This document shows, piece by piece, positions 48,533-58,633 of a stretch of 64,000 bases of DNA (the stretch's first letter is position 1; each line of letters opens with the position of its first letter). Both the position numbers and the translations under genes were made by a program. The notes under the pieces are model-generated. The model had not been told where the DNA came from and searched no databases. It saw only the letters and a program-made list of their open reading frames with translations. Source of the stretch: Sphaerochaetaceae bacterium (GTDB taxonomy: Bacteria; Spirochaetota; Spirochaetia; Sphaerochaetales; Sphaerochaetaceae); assembly GCA_963678415.1 (NCBI GenBank), contig OY782833.1, positions 818,648 to 882,647 on the forward strand. Direction: 5' to 3'.

Positions 48533-48907
48533 TTAATTCTCCATTTCAGCAATAACTTCCATCTCTACTAAAGAGTTATGATGCAAAGTAGAACAAGGAA
48601 CCACAATTCTTGCTGGTTTATGATTAAGTAAATATTTTGAATAAATCTCATTAATAATATCCCAATTATTAATATCTGAAATATATATACGAGTCTGAAC
48701 TATTTGATTTTTTGTTATTCCAGCTTTTACTAAAATATAATCAATATTCTTTAAAACTTGATTAAATTGACTATCAATATCTAAGCCAATTATTTTACCA
48801 CTCTTAAAATCTATTGGTAACTGTCCAGATACATACAACATTCCATTTGAAATAATCGCAGGTGAATAATGACCTTTATTATTATAATCTAATACTATTT
48901 TTTTCAT
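48533..48907 (-). CDS. ridA: RidA/YjgF-family enamine/imine deaminase
   Basis: 124 aa. YSPAI..NGMLYVSGQLP...PARIVVP...LVEMEVIA. Confidence 0.85.
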   Translation of the reverse strand: MKKIVLDYNNKGHYSPAIISNGMLYVSGQLPIDFKSGKIIGLDIDSQFNQVLKNIDYILVKAGITKNQIVQTRIYISDINNWDIINEIYSKYLLNHKPARIVVPCSTLHHNSLVEMEVIAEMEN

Positions 48908-48916
48908 ATTATTCCT

Positions 48917-49741
48917 TTATTTATTTATTTGTTCTAAAGAATAAACATCACGTCTTCTATGCTTTAATAATGGTAATTGAGCCCTTACTTCTTCTACATA
49001 ATTTAAATCAATATCATTAATTATTACATGTTCTTTTTCATCAACTTGAGATACAATTGCTCCCCAAGGATCTACTACAATGCTATGGCCCCAGGACTTA
49101 TATGAAGCATCTAAATCTCTAGAGGGAGCTGTCCCAATTGCATAAACTTGATTATTCAAAGCTTGAGACCTAAACATAACTTGCCAATGAGATGGCCCTG
49201 TTGTCATATTAAAAGCAGCAGGAACAAAAATTACTTTTGCACCTTTTAAAGTCATTAATCTTGCAAGTTCAGGGAATCTAAAATCATAACAAATACAAAG
49301 TCCCATTATTCCAAATTCAGTTTCAAAAGTAGTAATTTGATTTCCAGGGCTTAAAGTTTCTGACTCTTTAAAATATTGTCCCCCCTTTACATCAATATCA
49401 AACAAATGCATTTTTCTATGTTTTGCTATTTGCTTGCCTGATCTATCGAATACATAAGCTGTATTATATACTTTATTATTTTTATCCAATTCAGCAACTG
49501 ATCCAGCACTTAAATAAACATTATTTTCTTTGGCAATATTAGAACATTCCCTCCAAACCGTATCCATCTCTCTTTCAGCATATAGTGGAAAGTTTTTTAT
49601 TGCATAAGGACAATTAAACATTTCAGGAAGTGCTATAAAATCTACATCATTAGGAATTTGAGTTTTAATAATTTTTTTAACTAAATCTAATGAATCTTTT
49701 TTTTCTTTTTGAACTTTCATTTGAATCTGAGCTATTTTCAT
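48917..49741 (-). CDS. Carbon-nitrogen hydrolase (nitrilase superfamily, omega-amidase-like)
   Basis: Catalytic triad context: LPEMF (Glu), HRKMHLF (Lys), GLCICYDFRFPE (Cys). Confidence 0.85.
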   Translation of the reverse strand: MKIAQIQMKVQKEKKDSLDLVKKIIKTQIPNDVDFIALPEMFNCPYAIKNFPLYAEREMDTVWRECSNIAKENNVYLSAGSVAELDKNNKVYNTAYVFDRSGKQIAKHRKMHLFDIDVKGGQYFKESETLSPGNQITTFETEFGIMGLCICYDFRFPELARLMTLKGAKVIFVPAAFNMTTGPSHWQVMFRSQALNNQVYAIGTAPSRDLDASYKSWGHSIVVDPWGAIVSQVDEKEHVIINDIDLNYVEEVRAQLPLLKHRRRDVYSLEQINK

Positions 49742-50412
49742 TATCTTTTCCCCCTTACTACATCTAGATAACTATAAACAGTAACTTTGTTAATCCCTAG
49801 TTTATCAGCTACCTGTTCAATACTACCTTTCATCAAAAAAATTCCTTTAGAATCCATAAAGCTAATTTTTTCTATCTTTTCTTCTCTAGATAAATTTTTA
49901 GGCTCACAATCTAATAATATGTTATCAATTAAGGAAGTTATCATATTCTCAACATGTAAATCATCATTATTTATCTCTAAATCATAATCAAATAAATCAT
50001 TGTCGATAAAACTTAAAACATTATCATCAACATTAGGTAGAAAAGTTTTTAAATATTCAATTTCATTAACTACTTTACTTGTATCTATATTGATACATAA
50101 TGCTCCGATTAACTTATTATCTATATCTCTAATTAATAAAGTTGAAGATCTAATAATTTTATTATTTGCTGTTTTAAAATAATAATTACTAACATGATCA
50201 TCTTTTAAATTTTTTGAAAATATCACCTGTTTTACAATATGATCAAAACTTTGGCCAACTTTTCTATTTGTAATTTTAGAATTTTCAACATGTACAACAG
50301 AATGCTCAGGATCCGATAAATCATGAAGCACTACCTCACAATCTTCCCCAAAGGTTTCCACAATCATCTTTGACATTAATATATATGGTTTAAAAATTGG
50401 ATTATTTTTCAT
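49741..50412 (-). CDS. YheO-like regulator (PAS-like sensor + C-terminal HTH)
   Basis: N-terminal YheO-type PAS-like region (EVVLHDLSDPEHSVVHV). The C-terminal VADKLGINKVTVYSYL is an HTH. TAATG overlap with the next gene. Confidence 0.7.
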   Translation of the reverse strand: MKNNPIFKPYILMSKMIVETFGEDCEVVLHDLSDPEHSVVHVENSKITNRKVGQSFDHIVKQVIFSKNLKDDHVSNYYFKTANNKIIRSSTLLIRDIDNKLIGALCINIDTSKVVNEIEYLKTFLPNVDDNVLSFIDNDLFDYDLEINNDDLHVENMITSLIDNILLDCEPKNLSREEKIEKISFMDSKGIFLMKGSIEQVADKLGINKVTVYSYLDVVRGKR

Positions 50413-50423
50413 AATACATCTCC

Positions 50424-51530
50424 CTATTGTAATTTCGCCCTACATGCAATATCTATTTCTTTTATAACTTGATCTTTAGAAATCAAATACGCTTTTTCAT
50501 ACAAATTACAAACAGGACAAATATGAACAGGAATAATTAAAACTTTATCTCCGATTTTAACTTTATTATTAAATTCTTCATTATTAATAATGGCATGTTC
50601 ATCAAAGACTTTCTCAATATACAAATTATCGAATCCCAAAATTGTACCTTTCCCTATAGTTGAGCAAATACCTGCAGTTCTTTCTTGCATGGTTAGCCCT
50701 TTTGCCCCAACATCCAAAATCACTCTTTCTTTTGTTGGTTTACTTATAACTGTAGCAAGTACTTTAGCAGCACATCGACTTTTATCATTTATTGCATTAG
50801 CTTGAGCAGCATCCATAAATATATATGTTCCAGGTCTTATTTCAGTTATACCTTTTAAGATTGGAGCTTTATTAAACAAAGTTGGTGTTGATCCATAACT
50901 TATCACTTCACATTTTAAATTTTGTTTTTCTGCAATAGCAGCAAAATCTAAAGTTCTTTGTTGTGCATTAATAGATATTTGTAAGCAATCAGCTACTGTT
51001 TTTGCTGAATAAGAATTACCATCATGGGAAAAAATACCTTTAAATTTTATATTTTCACTTTCTTTTATTTGAGATAAAAGTTTTATAAAATCATCTTTTT
51101 CTATAACCCCACTTCTATTTTCTCCAACTTCAATTTCAATTAATATATTTGCGATTAAATCATATTTAGAAAAAATTTTTTGAACATTAATTAATTGTTC
51201 AATTGAATCAGCACCAAATGAGATTTTTATATCCTTAGCTAATTTTGCAATTCTCTCTAACTTAATATCTCCAACAATTTCATTAGCAATAAAAATATCA
51301 TCTAACCCATTTTTAGCCATAACCTCTGCTTCACCCACTTTTGCTACAGCAATACCTTTAGAGCCATATTCTACTTGGATTTTTGCAATTTCAGGCATTT
51401 TATGGGTTTTGGTATGAGGACGTAATAAAACTTTATTATCATTAGCATAGGTTTGCATAAATTCTATGTTTTTTAACATTATTTCTTGATCAATTATTAA
51501 ACTTGGCGTATCTAATTCTTTATAATTCAT
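50424..51530 (-). CDS. D-serine dehydratase / D-threonine aldolase-family (DSD1-type) PLP enzyme
   Basis: LRPHTKTHKMPEI (PLP-Lys motif of the alanine-racemase-N fold) and C-terminal PVHICPV (His-x-Cys metal site). Confidence 0.75.
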   Translation of the reverse strand: MNYKELDTPSLIIDQEIMLKNIEFMQTYANDNKVLLRPHTKTHKMPEIAKIQVEYGSKGIAVAKVGEAEVMAKNGLDDIFIANEIVGDIKLERIAKLAKDIKISFGADSIEQLINVQKIFSKYDLIANILIEIEVGENRSGVIEKDDFIKLLSQIKESENIKFKGIFSHDGNSYSAKTVADCLQISINAQQRTLDFAAIAEKQNLKCEVISYGSTPTLFNKAPILKGITEIRPGTYIFMDAAQANAINDKSRCAAKVLATVISKPTKERVILDVGAKGLTMQERTAGICSTIGKGTILGFDNLYIEKVFDEHAIINNEEFNNKVKIGDKVLIIPVHICPVCNLYEKAYLISKDQVIKEIDIACRAKLQ

Positions 51531-51666
51531 ATTCTTACTTCCCTTATATAATAACTTTATATATAAAATTATATGATGTCAATATAATTTTTTATATGCA
51601 TTATATAAAAAAAACAAGCAACAAATATTTCTATTCATTGCCTGCAATAATTAATTAAATTACCTA

Positions 51667-53877
51667 TTAACCAACTTCACCGTTAACATATACTTTTGCT
51701 GTTAAAGTTTTTCCATCAGAGGATTTAATTGCCTTTCCATCAACTTTTACAACACCGTCTTCAGTGTACATTGGCATTTCAAAGAATTTGCTACCTTTTA
51801 CATAAAATCTATCTTCTTCAGGAGCACTTGTGCCTTCTGGTAATAAAGTAGTACCTACTTCAAAATCATCAGCAAATAATACTTCACAAGTTGAATGATC
51901 TTCATCACCCTTCTCTGTTGCTGCTAATAACATACCTCTAGATTTAACACCTCTAAATTTAGCTGGTTTTAAATTTCTTACAAGTACAATATTTTTATTT
52001 AATAATTCTTCAGCACTATAATATGGAACGATTGAAGAAACAATTGTTCTATCATCATTTTCATCGCCAGTATCAAGTTTTAAAATATAAAGCTTATCCC
52101 CTTCAGGATGTTTTTCAACTTCAACAATTTTACTTACTACTAAATCAACACGTGCAGCAAAATCTTCAGCTACGCTTAAAGTTTCTTTATTTTCTTCCAC
52201 TTTATTATCTCCCTTATTATTATCTCTATCAGATTGTTTTCCATTAAATCTTTTTCTAAAGTCTTCAATTTGTTCATCTTCTATCTTAGAGAATAATAAT
52301 TCAATATTTCCTATTTCATTAATATTTTCAAATTTACCTAAATCAGACCAATTTGCGTCTTCACATTTTACAAAACTCAAAATTTTCTTACTAGTTACAG
52401 GCATATAAGGTTCTACTAAAATTCCTAAATCTCTAATTAAATAAACTAAAGTTCTTAATAATTTAGCAGCACTTTCTGGATCTTCTTTTCTAGTTCTCCA
52501 AGGTTCTCCATCTTGGAAAGCCTTATTGCCGATAGAAGATAAGAAGAAGATATTTCTTAGGGCATCTCTTTCGCCAGCTTTTTCTAATAAACCATCAATA
52601 GTTTTTTCTTTCTCTATAATTTGTGCTATTAATTCAGAATCCAGTTCACCTTCAGGAAGTTTTCCATCATAGAATCTATTAATAAATGTTAAAGTTCTAT
52701 TTACAAGGTTTGATAAATTACCAATTAATTCACCATTTACTTTTTCTTGGAAATCAGACCAAGAGAACATAACATCTGATTTTTCAGGTCTGTTATAGAA
52801 CATATAGAAACGCCATACATCACTAGGAACGCCTGTATCCATAACATCGTTACCAAAAATACCAACTCCCAAACTTTTAGAGAACTTTCCACCTTCATAG
52901 TTTAAATACTCTGTGGAACTCATATGATGTAACATAGTCCAATTTTCACCAGTAGCTAATAAAGAGGAAGGGAAAATAACAGTATGGAAAGGAATATTAT
53001 CTTTACCAATAAATTGGAACAACTCAGTATCTTCTGGGCTATACCACCATCTTTTCCAATCTTCAACAGCATAAGCAGAAATTGAAATATATCCTATTGG
53101 AGCATCGAACCAAACATAAAATACTTTATCCTCATAACCTTTTTTAGGAACTGGGATACCCCATTTTAAGTCTCTAGTAATTGCTCTTTCTTTTAAACCA
53201 TCTCTAATCCAGCTCTTTGTAACTTGGACTGCATTCTTTGCCCAAAAACCTTTAACTGAAGCTTCATTCATCCAAGCTTCCAACATAGGTAACACTTTTG
53301 GTAAATCAATATATAAATGCTTTGTTTTTCTAACTTCTGGGGTAGCACCACAAACACTACAGTGTGGATCAATTAATTCAGTAGGTTCTAAAAGAGTTGA
53401 ACAATTATCACATTGGTCTCCTTTAGCATTCTCACTATGGCAGTGAGGACAAGTTCCTAAAACAAATCTATCTGCTAAGAACCTTTGACAATTTGGACAA
53501 TATAGTTGTTCAATTTCCCCTTCTCTAATATATCCGTTTTCATCAACTTTATTGAAAATGTGTTGAACAATTTCTGTTTGCTTTTCAGTACTAGTTCTAC
53601 CAAAATAATCAAAGTTAATATTAAACCAATTATATATATCTCTATGAATAACATGATAATGATCACAAAGCTCTCTGGGGGTTACGCCTTGTTGTAAAGC
53701 TCTAGTTTCAGTTGCTGTACCATACTCGTCAGTCCCACAAACATATAATGTTTCATATCCTTTTGATCTACAAAATCTAGCAAAAACATCAGCCGATAAC
53801 ACTTGAGTTAAATTTCCCAAATGAGGAATGTTATTTACATAAGGTAATGCAGAAGTTACTAGTCTTTTTTTCTTCAT
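51667..53877 (-). CDS. metG: Methionine--tRNA ligase with C-terminal tRNA-binding domain plus extra tail
   Basis: ALPYVNNIPHLGN (HIGH), KFSKS (KMSKS), Cys4 knuckles (CPNC..CPHC..CDNC..CSVC). Start at 53877 follows a GGAGG SD. Confidence 0.9.
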   Translation of the reverse strand: MKKKRLVTSALPYVNNIPHLGNLTQVLSADVFARFCRSKGYETLYVCGTDEYGTATETRALQQGVTPRELCDHYHVIHRDIYNWFNINFDYFGRTSTEKQTEIVQHIFNKVDENGYIREGEIEQLYCPNCQRFLADRFVLGTCPHCHSENAKGDQCDNCSTLLEPTELIDPHCSVCGATPEVRKTKHLYIDLPKVLPMLEAWMNEASVKGFWAKNAVQVTKSWIRDGLKERAITRDLKWGIPVPKKGYEDKVFYVWFDAPIGYISISAYAVEDWKRWWYSPEDTELFQFIGKDNIPFHTVIFPSSLLATGENWTMLHHMSSTEYLNYEGGKFSKSLGVGIFGNDVMDTGVPSDVWRFYMFYNRPEKSDVMFSWSDFQEKVNGELIGNLSNLVNRTLTFINRFYDGKLPEGELDSELIAQIIEKEKTIDGLLEKAGERDALRNIFFLSSIGNKAFQDGEPWRTRKEDPESAAKLLRTLVYLIRDLGILVEPYMPVTSKKILSFVKCEDANWSDLGKFENINEIGNIELLFSKIEDEQIEDFRKRFNGKQSDRDNNKGDNKVEENKETLSVAEDFAARVDLVVSKIVEVEKHPEGDKLYILKLDTGDENDDRTIVSSIVPYYSAEELLNKNIVLVRNLKPAKFRGVKSRGMLLAATEKGDEDHSTCEVLFADDFEVGTTLLPEGTSAPEEDRFYVKGSKFFEMPMYTEDGVVKVDGKAIKSSDGKTLTAKVYVNGEVG

Positions 53878-54130
53878 TAAAACCTCCAGGTAATCCCATA
53901 AAATGCAATAAAAATAAAATATTTTTTTTTGCACAAAAATTCAATAATACTTTTGCTATAATATAGTCGAAATAACAAATTTTCAACCTATATAGAATTA
54001 TTAATATAAATTTATTATCAATTATTTCATATTTAACATAAAACTAAGTATTATTCGAAAATTGCTTGACCTCGATAGTAAAACATAGTTACATTTAAGA
54101 TATGAAGAGAAAAACTCTTGAGGAGAAAAC

Positions 54131-55153
54131 ATGGATCAAGAATCTTTCAAACCAGCAAATAAGAAATTGAATATTAGTCCTAAATTAATAATTGGATTGA
54201 TTATTGCTGTAATAGTACTAGCTTCAGCTATGTCAAGTTTCTTCGTTGTTGACCAAACAGAACAGGCTGTAGTTACTCGATTCGGAAAGTACAGTAGAAC
54301 AGTTGGCCCGGGCTTACAAACTAAAATTCCTCTAGGAATTGAAAAAGCTTATAAAGTTCCAACTCGTGTTGTTCAAACAATGACTTTTGGTTATAGAAGC
54401 ACAATCAACACTAGCCCTTTAATTGCTAGTACAGATTATCCTTCTGAATCAATCATGCTAACAGGGGACTTAAATATCATTGACTTAGAATGGATTGTTC
54501 AATATCAAATCAGCAATCCAGAACATTGGTTATTTAATGTAAGAGAAAAAGAAAAAACAATTAGAGATATAAGTCAAAGTGTAATGAACCAACTAGTAGG
54601 GGATTTACCTATTCTATCTGTAATGACTAGTAAAAGAACAGCTATAGAAGTTGACGCTCAAAATCAAATGCAAAATACATTTGATTCATATGGCCTTGGA
54701 ATTAAAGTTGTAACTGTTAAATTACAAAACATTGTACCACCTGAGGGAACAGTTCAAAATGCTTTTGAAGATGTTAACAAAGCTATTCAAGATATGAATA
54801 GATACATAAATGAAGGTAAAGAACAATACAACTCAATCATTCCTAAAGCACAAGGTGAAGCAAAACAACAAATTCAAATTGCAGAAGGTTATGCAAAAGA
54901 AAGAGTTAATAATGCTAAGGGTGATGTTGCTAGATTTAATAGCATGAGAGAAACTTATGAAAACAGTAAAGAAATTACTGCCGATCGTCTTTATATCGAA
55001 ACAATGGAAGAAATTATGTCTAACAGTAATAATAACTTAACACTAATCGATAAAGATTTGGAAAATTTCTTACCAATTTCACAAATCCAAAATGCTTCCA
55101 CCTCAGCACCTGCTACAGTAGTTGATCAAAATACAACAGGAGGTACTAACTAA
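54131..55153 (+). CDS. hflK: SPFH-domain protease modulator HflK
   Basis: N-terminal TM helix, then the SPFH domain (VVDQTEQAVVTRFGKY...). Paired with hflC. Confidence 0.85.
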   Translation: MDQESFKPANKKLNISPKLIIGLIIAVIVLASAMSSFFVVDQTEQAVVTRFGKYSRTVGPGLQTKIPLGIEKAYKVPTRVVQTMTFGYRSTINTSPLIASTDYPSESIMLTGDLNIIDLEWIVQYQISNPEHWLFNVREKEKTIRDISQSVMNQLVGDLPILSVMTSKRTAIEVDAQNQMQNTFDSYGLGIKVVTVKLQNIVPPEGTVQNAFEDVNKAIQDMNRYINEGKEQYNSIIPKAQGEAKQQIQIAEGYAKERVNNAKGDVARFNSMRETYENSKEITADRLYIETMEEIMSNSNNNLTLIDKDLENFLPISQIQNASTSAPATVVDQNTTGGTN

Positions 55154-56139
55154 TGAAAAAATTTGTAACAACTCTAGTTGTAATATTTGCACTATTAATT
55201 GTATTTGTTTTACTTGGACCTTTCTATATTCTAAACGAAGGTGAACAATCAGTAGTAACTAGATTCGGTAAAATAATAGATAGTGAAAATGAAGCTGGCT
55301 TAAAATTTAAAGTTCCATTTATTGATAATGTTTTAATATATCCAGAAAAGATATTATCTTGGGATGGTGAAGCACAAAGAATTCCAACTAAAGAAAATCA
55401 ATTCATCTGGGTTGATACTACTGCTAGATGGAAAATTAGTGACCCAGCTAAATATTATGAAACTGTAAATACTTTAGATAATGGTATTTCTAGATTAAAT
55501 GATATCTTAGATTCAACAGTTAGAACAGTAATTTCAGAGAACCCATTAAATGAAGCTGTTAGAAATTCTAACCAGATTAATGAAATGGAAGTAGAAGAGA
55601 ATGTTCAAAACTTAGATAATCTACAAGATGCAGAAAATTTAAGAAATTTAACTAAAACAACAACACTTCAAGAAACTATTAATATCGGACGTGAAGGACT
55701 TTCTTCAAAGATGTACAATATGGCAAGCACCTTTACTGATGCTTATGGTATTGAATTAATAGATATAGTAATCCGTCAGATTAGATACAGTGATGATTTA
55801 ACTCAAAGTGTTTATGAAAGAATGATCAAGGAAAGAAATCAAATCGCTGAAGCTTATAGATCTTATGGTCAAGGACAATTGGCTCAATGGAGAGGTAAAA
55901 CTGAAAGCGAACAAAAGAATATTATTTCTTCTGCATATGCAGAAAGTGAAGAAATAAAGGGTGTTGCTGATGCTGAAGCTGCTGATATTTATGCAAAAGC
56001 TTATGAAGCTGATCCTACTTTCTTTAAGATTTGGAGAACCTTAGAATCATACAAAAAAACAATTCCTGACTTAAATAAAGTATTAACAACCGATATGGAT
56101 TACTTTGATTTATTATATGGAATCGACACACAAAAATAA
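55153..56139 (+). CDS. hflC: SPFH-domain protease modulator HflC
   Basis: TM helix plus ILNEGEQSVVTRFGK... TAATG overlap with hflK. Confidence 0.85.
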   Translation: MKKFVTTLVVIFALLIVFVLLGPFYILNEGEQSVVTRFGKIIDSENEAGLKFKVPFIDNVLIYPEKILSWDGEAQRIPTKENQFIWVDTTARWKISDPAKYYETVNTLDNGISRLNDILDSTVRTVISENPLNEAVRNSNQINEMEVEENVQNLDNLQDAENLRNLTKTTTLQETINIGREGLSSKMYNMASTFTDAYGIELIDIVIRQIRYSDDLTQSVYERMIKERNQIAEAYRSYGQGQLAQWRGKTESEQKNIISSAYAESEEIKGVADAEAADIYAKAYEADPTFFKIWRTLESYKKTIPDLNKVLTTDMDYFDLLYGIDTQK

Positions 56140-56169
56140 TTTAAAAAACAAAATAATTATTTGATATAT

Positions 56170-56206
56170 AAGCTTGGATACATTTGTTGTATTCAAGCTT
56201 TTTTTA
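56170..56206 (+). terminator. Rho-independent terminator
   Basis: 13-bp stem AAGCTTGGATACA/TGTATTCAAGCTT followed by TTTTT. Confidence 0.7.
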
Positions 56207-56268
56207 TAATAATACAAAAATCTTTGAATAATTATTAGCCATTCTTAAATAATTATTAATATTTCTTA

Positions 56269-56288
56269 AATATTTATGTATAAATATT
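56269..56288. promoter_or_regulatory. 9-2-9 palindrome upstream of argC (candidate operator)
   Basis: AATATTTAT-GT-ATAAATATT. The core TGTATAAATAT recurs at about 56320. Confidence 0.25.
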
Positions 56289-56354
56289 AAATAATACTTG
56301 ATTTTAATGAATATCTATTGTATAAATATGCTAAATATTATTGGGAGGCGTAAA

Positions 56355-57398
56355 ATGATTAACGTCGGAGTGATTGGAGCAACAGGTTATTCTGGAGCTA
56401 AACTAGTAGAATTATTATTAATCCATCCTGAAACTAATATTGTATACCTAGGATCTAAAAATCATGCAGGTAAGAAATTAAGCGATATTTATGGAAATTT
56501 CTCACCATTTAAAGATTTACTTTTAGAAAATATAGATATATTAGAAGTTAGTAAAAAGTGTGATGTAATTTTTCTTGCACTACCTAGTAAAGTTGCAAAA
56601 AACATTATTAGCCAAGAAATCTTAGATAATACTGTAGTAATTGATTTAGGTGCTGATTTTAGATTAGAAGACCCAGTAGATTATGAAAAATGGTATAAAG
56701 CAGAAGCTCCAACAGCAGATATATTAAGCCAAGCTGTTTATGGCTTAACTGATATCTATAAAGATAAAGTAAAGCAAACCAAGCTTATTGCTAATCCTGG
56801 TTGTTATACAACTTGTTCAATCCTTAGCTTAGCTCCACTAGTATATAACAAATTAATAGATATTAATTCAATAATTGTTGACGCTAAAAGTGGTGTTACA
56901 GGTGCAGGAAAGAGTTTAAATTTCAACTCTTTATACTGCGAGGCAAATGAAAACATAAAAGCATATGGGATTACAACACATCGGCACACTCCTGAAATAG
57001 AACAAGAATTAAGCAAACTTGCAAAGGAGAAAATTGTTATCCAATTTACTCCTCATCTAATTCCAATGAATAGAGGAATTCTTGCAACTTGCTATGCAAA
57101 ACTAAAAGATAGTGTTTCATCAGAAAAAATTGATGAAGCTTATAAATCATTCTATAAGGATTGTGAATTTGTTAACTATTTAGGTCCTAATAAAAGTGTT
57201 GAAACAAAATATGTAAAAGATACTGATAGAATTGATATAAGTTTTACTATTGATGAAAGAACCAACAATATTATTGCTTTAGGAGCAATAGATAATCTAG
57301 TAAAGGGAGCAAGTGGACAGGCAATTGAAAATATGAATCTACATTTTGGATTTGATCAGTACCTTGGCCTTAAAAAATTTGCTTCTACCCCTTTATAA
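56355..57398 (+). CDS. argC: N-acetyl-gamma-glutamyl-phosphate reductase
   Basis: VGVIGATGYSG and ANPGCYTT catalytic-Cys motif. ATG at 56355 follows a GGGAGG SD. Confidence 0.9.
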   Translation: MINVGVIGATGYSGAKLVELLLIHPETNIVYLGSKNHAGKKLSDIYGNFSPFKDLLLENIDILEVSKKCDVIFLALPSKVAKNIISQEILDNTVVIDLGADFRLEDPVDYEKWYKAEAPTADILSQAVYGLTDIYKDKVKQTKLIANPGCYTTCSILSLAPLVYNKLIDINSIIVDAKSGVTGAGKSLNFNSLYCEANENIKAYGITTHRHTPEIEQELSKLAKEKIVIQFTPHLIPMNRGILATCYAKLKDSVSSEKIDEAYKSFYKDCEFVNYLGPNKSVETKYVKDTDRIDISFTIDERTNNIIALGAIDNLVKGASGQAIENMNLHFGFDQYLGLKKFASTPL

Positions 57399-57407
57399 GG
57401 AGATACG

Positions 57408-58628
57408 ATGTATAACATTTTAGAAAATCCGACATTGCCAAAAGGCTATAAAGCTAATGGAATTGCAAGTGGATTAAAGAAAATAAAAAAAGATTTATCA
57501 CTTATTGTAAGTGACACATTATGTAATTGTGCAGGCACATATACTACAAATAAAGTTAAAGCAGCACCAGTTATTTGGGATAAAAAAATTACTTCTAATA
57601 AAATAAAAGCAAAAGCAATAATTGTTAACAGCGGAAATGCTAATGCTTGCACCTCTCTTCAAGGAGAAAAAGATAATGAAGAAATAGCTCAAACTGTTGC
57701 TAGTAATTTAAATTGTGAAAAAGAAAATGTTTTAGTTTGTTCAACAGGTGTTATCGGAGTTACTCTTAATATGGAAACCTATAAGAAAGGAATTAATAAC
57801 ATAGTCAAAACGATAGCTTATGAAGATGAAAAACTTATAAACTTTAGTGAAGCTATTAAAACTACTGATACTATTAATAAAATTGTAAGTGTTAAATTAA
57901 ATATTGATTCAAAAGAAATTACAATCACTGGTATGGCTAAAGGATCAGGTATGATTCATCCTAATATGGCTACAATGCTAAGTTTTATTGTAACCGATGC
58001 TGATATAGAACAAGATACACTACAAAATTTACTAGGAAATACGATTGAAGACACCTACAATATGATTAGTGTTGATGGGGATACTAGTACAAACGATACA
58101 GTACTATTTTTATCAAATGGAGCTGCAAATAATAAGCAAATACTAAAAGATACATCTGATTATGAAACATTTAAAGAAGCTTTTATGTATGTAAATACTT
58201 ATTTAGCTAAAGCAATCGTAAAAGATGGAGAAGGCGCTAGTAAGTTTATTGAAGTATCCGTAAATGGTGCAAAAACTCAAAAAGATGCTAAAAACATTGC
58301 AAAATCAGTTATTAATTCAAGTCTAGTAAAATGTGCATTCTTTGGAAGTGATGCAAACTGGGGAAGAATTCTTTGTGCTATGGGATACAGTGATAGTGAA
58401 TTTGATGTTAATAATGTTTCAATAATTTTCAAAAGTGAAAAAGGATCAATCAGTGTTGTAAAGAACGGGGTTCCAATACAATTTGATGAAGATTTGGCAA
58501 AAACAATTTTACTTGAAAACACTATTGATGTTGTAATTACTTTAGAAGATGGGTCAGCTAATGCTACAGCTTGGGGCTGTGATTTAAGTTATGATTATGT
58601 AAAGATTAATGGAGACTATAGAAGTTAA
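57408..58628 (+). CDS. argJ: Bifunctional ornithine acetyltransferase / N-acetylglutamate synthase
   Basis: KGSGMIHPNMATMLSF autoprocessing site. 406 aa. Confidence 0.9.
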   Translation: MYNILENPTLPKGYKANGIASGLKKIKKDLSLIVSDTLCNCAGTYTTNKVKAAPVIWDKKITSNKIKAKAIIVNSGNANACTSLQGEKDNEEIAQTVASNLNCEKENVLVCSTGVIGVTLNMETYKKGINNIVKTIAYEDEKLINFSEAIKTTDTINKIVSVKLNIDSKEITITGMAKGSGMIHPNMATMLSFIVTDADIEQDTLQNLLGNTIEDTYNMISVDGDTSTNDTVLFLSNGAANNKQILKDTSDYETFKEAFMYVNTYLAKAIVKDGEGASKFIEVSVNGAKTQKDAKNIAKSVINSSLVKCAFFGSDANWGRILCAMGYSDSEFDVNNVSIIFKSEKGSISVVKNGVPIQFDEDLAKTILLENTIDVVITLEDGSANATAWGCDLSYDYVKINGDYRS

Positions 58629-58633
58629 ATATT

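Noticed and set aside
51588-51612. A/T-only imperfect palindrome TTTTTTATAT-GCAT-TATATAAAAAA upstream of the DSD1-like operon (possible YheO operator or metG terminator)
   Set aside because: It consists purely of A/T arms that arise readily by chance in this composition. I could not distinguish operator, weak terminator or noise without comparative data.
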